Shown: positions 24,671-33,237, numbered from the stretch's first letter. The stretch: 33,237 bases of DNA from an uncultured Eubacteriales bacterium (GCA_964471145.1 CAYYGK010000003.1:1-33237), one strand, 5' to 3'. Translations and numbers: made by a program. Notes: generated by a model not told the origin, from the sequence alone.

Positions 24671-25701
24671 CACACTGCAGCAGATGCGTATTAAGTGATA
24701 ACATCCCTTCGGTGAGCATAGGAAATTCAGGCGTATGCAACTACTGCAGCACATACAGGCAAACCGGTACACCCTGTGCTGAAGGCGACAGGGAGGTTGA
24801 AAGGATTGTCAGGCGCTGCAGGGACAGGAAATACCAGGCGGTGATGGCATACAGCGGCGGAAAAGACAGCTCCTATACACTAAAGCTTTTAAAGGAGCGC
24901 TTTAATATGTCAATACTGGCGGTTACATTCAACAATGGCTTCTTAAGCAAATACTGCTTTGGAAACATAGGGACGGTATGCGACTGTGTGGGGGTTGACA
25001 GCCTGATAGTAAGTTACCCGTCAGGCATGATGGCTCAGATGTTCACCTTCATTGAAGGAGCAGATGTTTTTCCGCCGAGGTCTATGGAAAGGGCAAGCGC
25101 CATATGCAGCCTGTGCATAGCGCTTGTTAAGAATCTTCTTTACCGGGAAGCCATTATAAGGGGGATACCCCTTGTATGCTTCGGCTGGACGCCGGGGCAG
25201 GTATCAACGGCAAGGCCGCTGCTTAAAATGGGGGCAGGTATGATAGAGAGGTCTTTCAAAGCTCTCAGGGATGCGGTCACAGGCAGCCTGGGCAGCGAGT
25301 ATGGAAGGTTTTTCTTAAGCAGGGATTTCATTATGGAGAATGAGAACCGGATACCTTATCTTTACTATCCGTTTGTAAACAACAGGTATGATGAATCCAG
25401 GATATACGCCGAAATAACAAAAATGGGATGGACTGCTCCCGAAAAAACCGACGGAAGCAGTTCCAACTGCATGCTGAATTCATATGCAAACAGGAGCCAT
25501 ATGGAAAGGTACGGCTTCCATCCATATGCATTTGAGCTCAGCAGCCTGGTAAGGGAAGGGTATCTATCAAGGGAAGAAGCCCGGGAAAGGCTTGAAAGGC
25601 GGGGCGATGAAAAAACCTGCGAGCGCATAGCACAGGTTTTAAGGTCAAGAGCAGGTCGAAAAGAAGACACGGGAGGTCGTTACAGTGGAGAAGTTGTATA
25701 A
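24667..25701 (+). CDS. PP-loop ATP pyrophosphatase, N-acetyl-sugar amidotransferase-like (WbuX/PseA type)
   Basis: ATGA overlap. N-terminal Cys knuckle (CSRC...GVCNYC) followed by the PP-loop AYSGGKDSSYTLKLL. Confidence 0.65.
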   Translation: MTHCSRCVLSDNIPSVSIGNSGVCNYCSTYRQTGTPCAEGDREVERIVRRCRDRKYQAVMAYSGGKDSSYTLKLLKERFNMSILAVTFNNGFLSKYCFGNIGTVCDCVGVDSLIVSYPSGMMAQMFTFIEGADVFPPRSMERASAICSLCIALVKNLLYREAIIRGIPLVCFGWTPGQVSTARPLLKMGAGMIERSFKALRDAVTGSLGSEYGRFFLSRDFIMENENRIPYLYYPFVNNRYDESRIYAEITKMGWTAPEKTDGSSSNCMLNSYANRSHMERYGFHPYAFELSSLVREGYLSREEARERLERRGDEKTCERIAQVLRSRAGRKEDTGGRYSGEVV

Positions 25702-27184
25702 TCTTTTATCCCAAAACCTAAGGAAGCACCCCGAAAAGGTTTGCATAAAGGAGGGGCAGGACTGCTGGACTTACAGGCAGATAGCCCTGGCAGGCATGGA
25801 GTTTACAAACCGGCTTAAGCATCATGGTGTTGGCAGGGGAGACAGGGTTGTCATATTCTGTGACAATTCAGCAGAGTATGTTGCCGCGCTGTTCGGCGTG
25901 CTGGGGGCAGGTGCGGCAGCGGTACCCGTAAACACCGGAAGGCTTAAGGGCATAGTTTCATACATAGTGTCAAAATGCCGCCCCGGGGCAGTCGCAACAG
26001 CCGGGCGTGCAAAAACCGTTATAGAGAGTATACTGACCTCGGCGGTCCTCCCGGTACTGCAGGTGCCGAGGCCGTCAGACGGTGACATATCCTGCATGCA
26101 GGATGAAGGGGTAGACCCTGATGATGCGGCAATGATTCTTTTTACATCAGGTACTACGGCATACCCCAAGGGGGTGGTGCTGACCCACGCCAGCCTCCTT
26201 GCAAACACAGAAGCAATTATAAATTACCTGGAGCTTAACGACAGGGATTCTGTCCTTATGACACTTCCGTTTACTTACTCGTATGGGAACTCTGTGCTGC
26301 TAACGCACATGTATGCAGGAGGCACAATAGTAATAGAAAACTCATCCGTATACCCGCTGCGTGTGCTGGAATCCATAAAAAGATACCGTGTGACAGGTTT
26401 TTCAACGGTAGGGTCATACATCAACCTGATGCTGGGTGTTCTCAGGGAGAGCAACTTCCCTGCCGGATATCTTGAGAGCCTTAGATACATGACCTTTGCG
26501 GGAGAGTCTACAAACATAAAGGATATCGAATATTTGAAAGAGGAGTTCCCGCATATCAGACCATATGTGATGTATGGGCAAACTGAGGCATCTGCAAGGC
26601 TGAGCTACCTGCCGCCTGAGCACCTGGAGGAAAAACCGGGGTCGGTCGGAAAGGGGCTTTGCAATGTAACCCTCAGGGTTGTTGACGATAAGGGAAATGA
26701 CGTAGTTCCCGGAGAAACCGGTGAGATTATTGCCTCGGGCCCAAGTATAATGAAGGGGTACTTCGAGGACCCTGGCGCAACACGCAAAGTGATAAGGAAC
26801 GGGTGGCTTCATACAGGTGACAGTGCGGTAATGGACGGGGACGGATTTATCTATGTTAAGGGCAGGAAAAATGATGTTATAAAGCATATGGGGCACAGGA
26901 TAGGGCCGGTTGAAATAGAAAATGTACTCAACGGGTGCAGGCATGTCACCGAGTCTGCTGCTGTTGAGGCGACAGATGAAAACGGAAGGAAAATTATCAT
27001 GGCATATGTGGTGCCAGGGGAAGGCTTTAATGTGGATTTGCTCAGGAGGCATGCGCAGGAAAGGCTGCCGGCATATATGAGGCCTTCTGTTTTCGAAGAA
27101 ATAGATGAGCTTCCCAGGACTGATACGGGCAAGATAAAAAGGGGCGTATTAAGGAGCAGACAATGTGTGGAATTGCGGGACTGA
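25685..27184 (+). CDS. ANL-superfamily adenylate-forming enzyme (acyl/aminoacyl-carrier-protein ligase)
   Basis: LFTSGTTAYPKGVVLTH, YGQTEA, GWLHTGDSAVMDGDGFIYVKGRKNDVIKHMGHRIGPVEIE, and LPRTDTGKIKR. GTG start with a 17-nt overlap. Confidence 0.85.
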   Translation: MEKLYNLLSQNLRKHPEKVCIKEGQDCWTYRQIALAGMEFTNRLKHHGVGRGDRVVIFCDNSAEYVAALFGVLGAGAAAVPVNTGRLKGIVSYIVSKCRPGAVATAGRAKTVIESILTSAVLPVLQVPRPSDGDISCMQDEGVDPDDAAMILFTSGTTAYPKGVVLTHASLLANTEAIINYLELNDRDSVLMTLPFTYSYGNSVLLTHMYAGGTIVIENSSVYPLRVLESIKRYRVTGFSTVGSYINLMLGVLRESNFPAGYLESLRYMTFAGESTNIKDIEYLKEEFPHIRPYVMYGQTEASARLSYLPPEHLEEKPGSVGKGLCNVTLRVVDDKGNDVVPGETGEIIASGPSIMKGYFEDPGATRKVIRNGWLHTGDSAVMDGDGFIYVKGRKNDVIKHMGHRIGPVEIENVLNGCRHVTESAAVEATDENGRKIIMAYVVPGEGFNVDLLRRHAQERLPAYMRPSVFEEIDELPRTDTGKIKRGVLRSRQCVELRD

Positions 27185-29067
27185 TACACAGGGAGTGTCA
27201 AATGGCCGTACTGGAAAAGATGGGTATGACCATAGCACACAGGGGTCCTGATGACACCGGTTACTTCTGTAGCAACGGCACGGGAATGGTGCAAAAGAGA
27301 CTCAGCATTGTGGATATCGAGAATGGAACGCAGCCGGTGTTCAACGAAAAAGGCAGTGTGCTTGCTGTGTTTAACGGCGAAATATATAACCATATGACTC
27401 TGCGGAAGCAGCTTGAAAGGCTGGGACATGTAATGTCAAACAACTCGGATACGGCCGTTCTGCCTCACATGTATGAGGAATATGGAAACGGGATGTTTGA
27501 AAGGCTGTCCGGGCAGTTTGCCATTGCGTTGTATGATATAGCTGGAAAAATGCTCCTGCTTGCCAGGGACAGACTGGGAATAAAACCCCTGTACTTCAGC
27601 CCTCAGGATGCCGGTATTGTTTTTGGTTCTGAGATAAAGGCAATACTTGCTTCCGGGATCATGCCTGCGAGGCTGTGCCACAGGGCGCTGTTTGATACGT
27701 TTACGTTCTGGTCGCCTCAAAAGGATCTTACGGTTTTTGAGGGCATATACTGTTTGCTCCCGGGGGAATACCTTGAATACCGGAATTCAGAAACAACCAG
27801 GACAAGGTACTGGAAACCGGTTTTTGGAAAAGCCGGCAGAAGAGCAGACAGCCAGGAAGTTGCCGGAGAAGTAGAGGCCCTGCTTGAAAAAGCCGTCAGT
27901 AAACGCCTGATGGGGGATGTGGCTGTTTCAGCATACCTCAGCGGGGGAATTGACTCAAGCCTGATAACAGCACTGGCCGCACGGGCTTACAGCGGCCCGC
28001 TTGAAGCGTTTTCCATAACCTTTGAGAATGACGTGTATGATGAATACCCTTACCAGAAGAAGATGTGCGAACACCTGGGTATAAGGCACAATACCGTTGC
28101 CTTCAGCAACAGCCAGATACCGGAAATGATAAGGAAATCAATCTACCATATAGAGGCCCCGCTGCTTCGGGCAGCACCATTACCTCTTCTGAAGCTCTCA
28201 GGGCTGGTTAACAGCTGCAGCCGGAAAGTGGTGCTTTCAGGAGAGGGAGCCGACGAATTTTTCGGGGGATATGACATATTCAGGGAGGTTAAGATAAGGA
28301 ACTATATCAGGGCCCATCCCCGTTCGGAGATCAGAAAGAGGCTTTTTGAAAAGATCAACCTTTTTGTACAGGGAACAGGGCAGGCCGCAACGGCAGGCGG
28401 GCTTAACTATTTTTATATGAATGTGCCGGGAGACGGGTTGCTCGACTCCCACTACACCAGATGGAGACAGTTTATGTTCTTTAAGAGGTTCTTTTCGCAT
28501 AGGATGCGTGCCATGGCGGATGATATGGGCTGTCCCGATTATTTAAGCTCCATAGATCTTCCCGACAGGGATGAGATGCAGAGCTGGACCGATATACAAA
28601 AGAGCCAGTACCTTGAGACCGTTACATTCCTCTCCCCCTATCTGCTTGCATCGCAGGGTGACCGCGTGGCCATGGCAAACTCTGTGGAAGCAAGGTTTCC
28701 GTTCCTTGATGACAGCCTTGTAAGTTACAGCATGGACATGGAAGACAGGTTCAAGATACGTGCTCTGAACGAAAAGTATGTCATAAGGAGTATTGCTTCC
28801 AAATACCTTCCGAATGAAATCATATGCAGAAAGAAATTTCCCTACCGCTCTCCGGTGGACATATCCTGCCTTCTTGAAAATGAATACCTTAAAAGCATGC
28901 TCTCTGCCCGGAAACTGGCTGAATACGATATATTCGACCCTGTGAAGACCGCCTTCTTTATAGAAAAAAGCCTTCAAAAAAGCCGGCCCGGCGAAAGGGA
29001 CATGATGCTTATAATGGGGCTTGTCACCACACAGGTTTTATGCGATGTTTTTTCGGTAAGCACTTGA
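27163..29067 (+). CDS. Asparagine synthase B-like glutamine amidotransferase (WbpS-like)
   Basis: N-terminal nucleophile MCGIAG, a class-II GATase domain, and the PP-loop AYLSGGIDSSLI in the synthetase domain. AAGGAG RBS, 22-nt overlap with the upstream gene. Confidence 0.85.
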   Translation: MCGIAGLIHRECQMAVLEKMGMTIAHRGPDDTGYFCSNGTGMVQKRLSIVDIENGTQPVFNEKGSVLAVFNGEIYNHMTLRKQLERLGHVMSNNSDTAVLPHMYEEYGNGMFERLSGQFAIALYDIAGKMLLLARDRLGIKPLYFSPQDAGIVFGSEIKAILASGIMPARLCHRALFDTFTFWSPQKDLTVFEGIYCLLPGEYLEYRNSETTRTRYWKPVFGKAGRRADSQEVAGEVEALLEKAVSKRLMGDVAVSAYLSGGIDSSLITALAARAYSGPLEAFSITFENDVYDEYPYQKKMCEHLGIRHNTVAFSNSQIPEMIRKSIYHIEAPLLRAAPLPLLKLSGLVNSCSRKVVLSGEGADEFFGGYDIFREVKIRNYIRAHPRSEIRKRLFEKINLFVQGTGQAATAGGLNYFYMNVPGDGLLDSHYTRWRQFMFFKRFFSHRMRAMADDMGCPDYLSSIDLPDRDEMQSWTDIQKSQYLETVTFLSPYLLASQGDRVAMANSVEARFPFLDDSLVSYSMDMEDRFKIRALNEKYVIRSIASKYLPNEIICRKKFPYRSPVDISCLLENEYLKSMLSARKLAEYDIFDPVKTAFFIEKSLQKSRPGERDMMLIMGLVTTQVLCDVFSVST

Positions 29068-29118
29068 AACACAAAAACAGGTGTGTCGTTTCTGATTCTT
29101 TTGGCATAAGCTGAAAGT

Positions 29119-30960
29119 ATGAATGGATATTATAAAATCAGAAACAACCGAATAGGGTTTATGTTTGACAGTGACAGGGCCGTGTTTGAGCTTACAAGCT
29201 GGAGGACCGGTCTTGTCTACCGCACCGAAAGACCGGATGAGGTAACAGCAAATGGTGTACGATGCGGCAGCGGCAACACGCTTGAGATTGAACTTGAAGC
29301 TCAGGGGCATCAGTTGCATCTTACAGTATCACTTGAAGGGTGCGCCGCCAGGTTTGATCTCAGCTTTGGAGAAGGGTTTGAAAGCAGTGCTGCTTTTGCA
29401 TTTCCCGGGGAGGTAACTGCTCCGGAACAGGACCAGTATTTTGCGGTTCCGTATGCGGAGGGGCTTCTTACACCTGTAACGCAGCAGCATCCATATGGTG
29501 AATACATCATGTGGGGCCATAAGTCGACAATGCCTTTTACAGGGGTAACCGGCATTCATACCGGCACAGGAATCATGCTGGTTTCTGAAGATTTTGCCGA
29601 CACATCTGTAACCTTCAGGAGGAGAGGAGGCAGCAACTACCGCATGATGATGCGGCATTTTCCTCAGAAGGGTGAATACTTAAGTACAAGGACGTTCTAT
29701 TTTACGGTCATTGAAGAAAACGGTTATGTTGCAATGGCAAAGTGGTACAGGAACCATCTTTTAAAGAGGGGAGAGATTGTAGCGCTCTCAGACAGGGCGC
29801 AGCAGAACCCGAACATCAGAAAGCTTGTAGGGGCGGCGGATGTGTGGCTGGGTGACCATACAAAGAACAGAGAGGTTGTCGATGATATAATCTTTTCGGG
29901 CGTCGGCAAAGCACTGTTCAATTTCCAGTATGGATGGTATGTTTATGACAGCGAGAAGCGTCCTGACCTTATAAGGCATGTAAATGAACAGGGAATGATA
30001 GCAAGCAGGTATGATAACTATACTGATGTATTTGAGCCTTCTGCAGCAGAGCTGTCTCCCAGGTTCAGGATACCGGGGTATGATAATGACTGCATAAGAA
30101 ACAGTGACGGGACCAGGCTCAAGGGATACCATGTGAACTACAAAGGACATTTTGTACAGGGCTACCGGCTTAATCCCTCCACCCAGACAGGGGTTGCATT
30201 GGACAGGATTGGGGAAGACCTCGAAGAGAACAGTTACAACGGCCGGTTTATAGATGTGAATACATCCGACTCCCTCCATGAAGACTACTCGGAGAACCAT
30301 CCTGCAGACAGGTTCGAACACGCAATGCACAGGCGAAGGATTCTGGGAGAGATAAGAAGGACCTTCAATTTTGTTATGGGCAGTGAGGAATCCCGGCACT
30401 GGGCGATGGGTGTTACCGACTACGGGGAGGGAACCATGACAATAGAACCTGCCATGGGAGCAGGATACGGTTGGTACACCCCTGTTGATGACCCCGGGGC
30501 AAAGTATATGGAATACAATGTGAATCCGGCAGTAAGGATACCGCTTGTTTCACTTGTGTATCATGATGCGCATATCTCGACCTGGTACACCGGGGACGGT
30601 GTTTCAAAGGTTCCGGCTGTATGGGCCGTTAAAGACTTGTTTACCGCACTTTATGGAACGATGCAGCTTGTATCCCCTCCCGACTTGACATACTGGAGAA
30701 GCAACAGGGGTAAGTTTCTGCATTCCATATATGCAACAACCCGTGTATTTGATACGGTAGGTTATTCGGAAATGACAAATCACAGATTTCTTACAGACGA
30801 CAGATTGGTACAGCAAACCGAATTTGGCAACGGTTATTCGGTTGTGGCAAATTTCGGACAGAGCGGATATGAGTGCTGTGCAAGAACTGTTCCGCCCATG
30901 GGGTTTACATTCCTTTCGGGAAATAATCACATATTTGTTTACTCCCACCTTTCCGGCTGA
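29119..30960 (+). CDS. Large protein of unknown family (paralog B of 20452..22491), no signal peptide
   Basis: 613 aa, beginning MNGYYKIRNN with no hydrophobic leader. It has the same conserved blocks as paralog A. The RBS is weak (GAAAG). Confidence 0.6.
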   Translation: MNGYYKIRNNRIGFMFDSDRAVFELTSWRTGLVYRTERPDEVTANGVRCGSGNTLEIELEAQGHQLHLTVSLEGCAARFDLSFGEGFESSAAFAFPGEVTAPEQDQYFAVPYAEGLLTPVTQQHPYGEYIMWGHKSTMPFTGVTGIHTGTGIMLVSEDFADTSVTFRRRGGSNYRMMMRHFPQKGEYLSTRTFYFTVIEENGYVAMAKWYRNHLLKRGEIVALSDRAQQNPNIRKLVGAADVWLGDHTKNREVVDDIIFSGVGKALFNFQYGWYVYDSEKRPDLIRHVNEQGMIASRYDNYTDVFEPSAAELSPRFRIPGYDNDCIRNSDGTRLKGYHVNYKGHFVQGYRLNPSTQTGVALDRIGEDLEENSYNGRFIDVNTSDSLHEDYSENHPADRFEHAMHRRRILGEIRRTFNFVMGSEESRHWAMGVTDYGEGTMTIEPAMGAGYGWYTPVDDPGAKYMEYNVNPAVRIPLVSLVYHDAHISTWYTGDGVSKVPAVWAVKDLFTALYGTMQLVSPPDLTYWRSNRGKFLHSIYATTRVFDTVGYSEMTNHRFLTDDRLVQQTEFGNGYSVVANFGQSGYECCARTVPPMGFTFLSGNNHIFVYSHLSG

Positions 30961-31009
30961 TATAATGTAGGTGTTCAGGCAGGATTCCAGTACATTCAGA
31001 TTTTTTAAC

Positions 31010-31057
31010 AAAAACCAGTAGAACATATGATGGCTGGTTTTTTCCTGCCCTTTTTTT
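31010..31057 (+). terminator. Rho-independent terminator closing the long operon
   Basis: AAAAACCAG (31010..31018) pairs with CTGGTTTTT (31034..31042), followed by a T run. An outer 7-bp pairing, GGCAGGA (30978..30984) with TCCTGCC (31043..31049), is followed by T7 (31051..31057). Confidence 0.45.
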
Positions 31058-31081
31058 ACTATATGGAAGCGTGGTGATAGG

Positions 31082-32269
31082 ATGGCGGAGTCGGACAGGC
31101 TCAGCGTATGCTTTGTGATGTTTGGTTGCTATCCCCTTTTCAACAGGGGCGGCAACCATGTTTTTGGGGGTTCTGAGCTTGAGCTTTACAACCTGGGCAT
31201 CTGCATGGCTCGCAGAGGGGTCAGGGTGGATTTTATTGTGGGGGATTACGGACAGGATGATGTGGAATACCGGGAGGGAATAAGGCTTTTAAAGGTGCGG
31301 TACATGAAGCTGGACAAATACAGGTCGCTGCCTTACAGGATATTAAGGTACTGGCAGTTTCTAAAGGTTCTTTACAGGCAGAACGCTGATGTCTTCATAA
31401 CAAAGACTGCCTCGGAAATTATAGGGTGGATGGTACTGGTTCAAAAAATATTAAAAAGGAGTAAGGTTGTATTCCGTCTGGGCAGTGACAGGGATACTGA
31501 TATTGCATCATGGAGAGGTATGGGCATAAAATTCTATCACCTTTACAGGCTGGGTCTTTTAAAAAGCGACCTGGTCTATACGCAGTCACAGGTACAGAAG
31601 GAGAGACTTATGAAGGCAGTATCCGTCTCAAGCCATGTCGTAAAGAACGCATTTATTCTAAATAAGGCTGTTTCACCTTTGAGAGACCAGGGCTACATAC
31701 TCTGGGTTTCAAGATGTGAGGCGCTAAAGAGGCCGATGCTTTATGTAAGACTCGCAGCAAGACTGCCGGAACAAAAGTTTATAATTATCATGCCGCATAC
31801 AAATAAGGGAGACAGGAGGCGGGATAAAAAAACAGCTTCTATAGCGGCATGTGTCAAGAAGGCGGCTGCAGAACTTCCCAACCTTTCATACATCGGGTTT
31901 GTACCTTTTGATGACATACAGGAGTATTATGATGGCGCACGGCTTTTTGTAAACACGTCTGAGTATGAGGGCTTTCCAAACAGCTTTATACAGGCATGCC
32001 TCGGGAGGACCGGCATACTCTCATTCAGGGTAAATCCGGACGGCTTCATTACAGATGAAGGCATAGGAATCTGCTGTAACGACAGCCTTGACAGAGCAGT
32101 TGAATTTATAAGAGGGATGGATGACATAAAGGCTCATGAAATGGGGAGAAATGCTTACCGATATGTGGCAGAAAACCACAATGCGGAAAGGATTGCCGAA
32201 GGGTACATCCGGGATTTTGCGCATGTTGCACAAAAAGAGCACAAGATGCAAGGGCGGTGCTGCATATGA
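31082..32269 (+). CDS. GT4-like glycosyltransferase (tandem paralog 1)
   Basis: 395 aa. N-terminus LSVCFVMFGCYPLF...GGSELELYNL. C-terminal block FVNTSEYEGFPNSFIQACLGRTGILSFRVNPD. Confidence 0.75.
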   Translation: MAESDRLSVCFVMFGCYPLFNRGGNHVFGGSELELYNLGICMARRGVRVDFIVGDYGQDDVEYREGIRLLKVRYMKLDKYRSLPYRILRYWQFLKVLYRQNADVFITKTASEIIGWMVLVQKILKRSKVVFRLGSDRDTDIASWRGMGIKFYHLYRLGLLKSDLVYTQSQVQKERLMKAVSVSSHVVKNAFILNKAVSPLRDQGYILWVSRCEALKRPMLYVRLAARLPEQKFIIIMPHTNKGDRRRDKKTASIAACVKKAAAELPNLSYIGFVPFDDIQEYYDGARLFVNTSEYEGFPNSFIQACLGRTGILSFRVNPDGFITDEGIGICCNDSLDRAVEFIRGMDDIKAHEMGRNAYRYVAENHNAERIAEGYIRDFAHVAQKEHKMQGRCCI

Positions 32270-33237
32270 ACAAACTCACTGTCTGCCTTGTTTCCATGAG
32301 GGCCCTGCCCCTGTTTGACAGCAGGTATGAAGGCGTGTCAGTCACAGGCGGGGCGGAAATAAACATGTACAATCTTGCCGTTTTCCTTGCCGGACTTAAA
32401 GGTATCAAGGTAAAGATGGCTGTTGATGACTTCGGGCAGCCTGCCGGATACATAAGGGACGGGGTGGAGATAGTAAGTATCGGAAAAAAGAAGGCGTCAG
32501 GGATAGCGGACAAGACAGCAGCTGCCGTAAACTCCTGGATAAGGCTTTATGAAGTCCGGGCGGATGCGTTTATCTTTACCACAAGCAGTTCGCTGCTGGG
32601 GGAACTGGTTTTAATACAGAGGTTTTTAAGGAGAAAAAAGGTGATATTCAGGCTGTCCAGCGACCTCAATCTGAACATGCGGGACTTCAGGAAGAAAAAC
32701 GGTATAAGGAGGATGCTGCTTTACCGTTTCGGGCTTAAGAATGCATCTGCTGTGGTATCCCAGACAGAAAAACAACAGAAGGAGCTGGCAGGAAAGCATG
32801 GAATAAGGAGCACGGTGATACCCAACGGCTTTTTTGTGCCCGGCAGCCCTGTAAAAAGAGGGAAGGATATAGTGCTGTGGGTGGGAAGATGTATGAAATC
32901 GAAGAACCCGATGCTTTTTTTAAAGCTTGCAGGAATGTTTCCTGACAGAAAGTTCGTTATGATAATGCCTCTGAATACCAACAAGGAGCCCGGGGTTATG
33001 CGTGAACGAAAAAGACTCTACAAAATGGTGCACGAGGAGGCAGGACATATAAGGAATATTGATGTCATAGATTTTGTGCCGTACAGAAACATACAGGGAT
33101 ACTTTGAAAGGGCCTGCCTATATGTATGCACTTCAGATGTGGAGGGGTTTCCAAACACATTCATACAGGCGTGCCTTGCGGGAACACCAACACTTTCATT
33201 TTATGTAAATCCTGACCGGGTAATTGATAAATATAAC
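32266..33237 (+). CDS. GT4-like glycosyltransferase (tandem paralog 2), 3'-truncated by the window edge
   Basis: ATGA overlap with the upstream stop. I translated the frame by hand and found no stop codon up to position 33237. The product MNKLTVCLVSMRALPLF...GGAEINMYNL...YVCTSDVEGFPNTFIQACLAGTPTLSFYVNPD is collinear with the preceding gene. It is absent from the ORF track, presumably because it has no stop. Confidence 0.75.
   Translation, partial: MNKLTVCLVSMRALPLFDSRYEGVSVTGGAEINMYNLAVFLAGLKGIKVKMAVDDFGQPAGYIRDGVEIVSIGKKKASGIADKTAAAVNSWIRLYEVRADAFIFTTSSSLLGELVLIQRFLRRKKVIFRLSSDLNLNMRDFRKKNGIRRMLLYRFGLKNASAVVSQTEKQQKELAGKHGIRSTVIPNGFFVPGSPVKRGKDIVLWVGRCMKSKNPMLFLKLAGMFPDRKFVMIMPLNTNKEPGVMRERKRLYKMVHEEAGHIRNIDVIDFVPYRNIQGYFERACLYVCTSDVEGFPNTFIQACLAGTPTLSFYVNPDRVIDKYN

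Noticed and set aside
29068-29118. Weak ACAC...GTGT hairpin and T-rich stretch between the AsnB-like gene and paralog B
   Set aside because: The stem is only about 4-5 bp with an A-rich loop, so this is not a convincing terminator or attenuator.

Overview
This 33.2-kb window is almost entirely one plus-strand cell-surface polysaccharide (EPS/CPS) locus of the Gram-positive Wzx-dependent type. Many genes are translationally coupled through ATGA/GTGA start-stop overlaps. Codon usage (AGG/AGA/ATA-rich), a CpsBCD-type tyrosine-kinase module and an SLH-like protein suggest a Clostridia-like Firmicute; this is inference only.

Layout:
- 1-1460: left border. An Rpn/PD-(D/E)XK putative transposase gene with an internal 12-bp tandem repeat, followed by an 82-bp duplicated fragment of that gene.
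- 1476-6449: precursor and regulation module (ugd, a YdcF/DUF218 protein, Wzz-like modulator, BY-kinase, PHP phosphatase). It is bracketed by two paralogous minus-strand genes for small DUF2628-like membrane proteins, each with the same promoter architecture.
- 6614-30960: a roughly 24-kb block. It holds a TviC/WbpP-like epimerase, the priming phosphotransferase, two sulfotransferases and a GT4 gene interrupted by an in-frame TAG. It continues with a TviB/WbpO-like dehydrogenase, an SLH-like secreted protein, a second degenerate Wzz/kinase-like pair, a MurJ/Wzx-like flippase and two GT4 genes. It ends with a modification cassette (DUF2334 deacetylase-like protein, two hexapeptide acyltransferases, carrier protein, PP-loop amidotransferase-like enzyme, adenylating enzyme, AsnB-like amidotransferase) flanked by two large paralogous proteins of unknown family.
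- 31010-31057: terminator.
- 31082 to window end: two tandem paralogous glycosyltransferases, the second truncated by the window edge.

The most unusual content:
- Two sulfotransferases, pointing to a sulfated uronic-acid polymer.
- The carrier-protein / ligase / PP-loop / AsnB cassette.
- The two unknown-family paralogs that bracket that cassette.
- The second, pseudokinase-like Wzz/kinase pair.

No Wzy-like polymerase, PAPS-synthesis genes, RNA genes or CRISPR arrays were seen.
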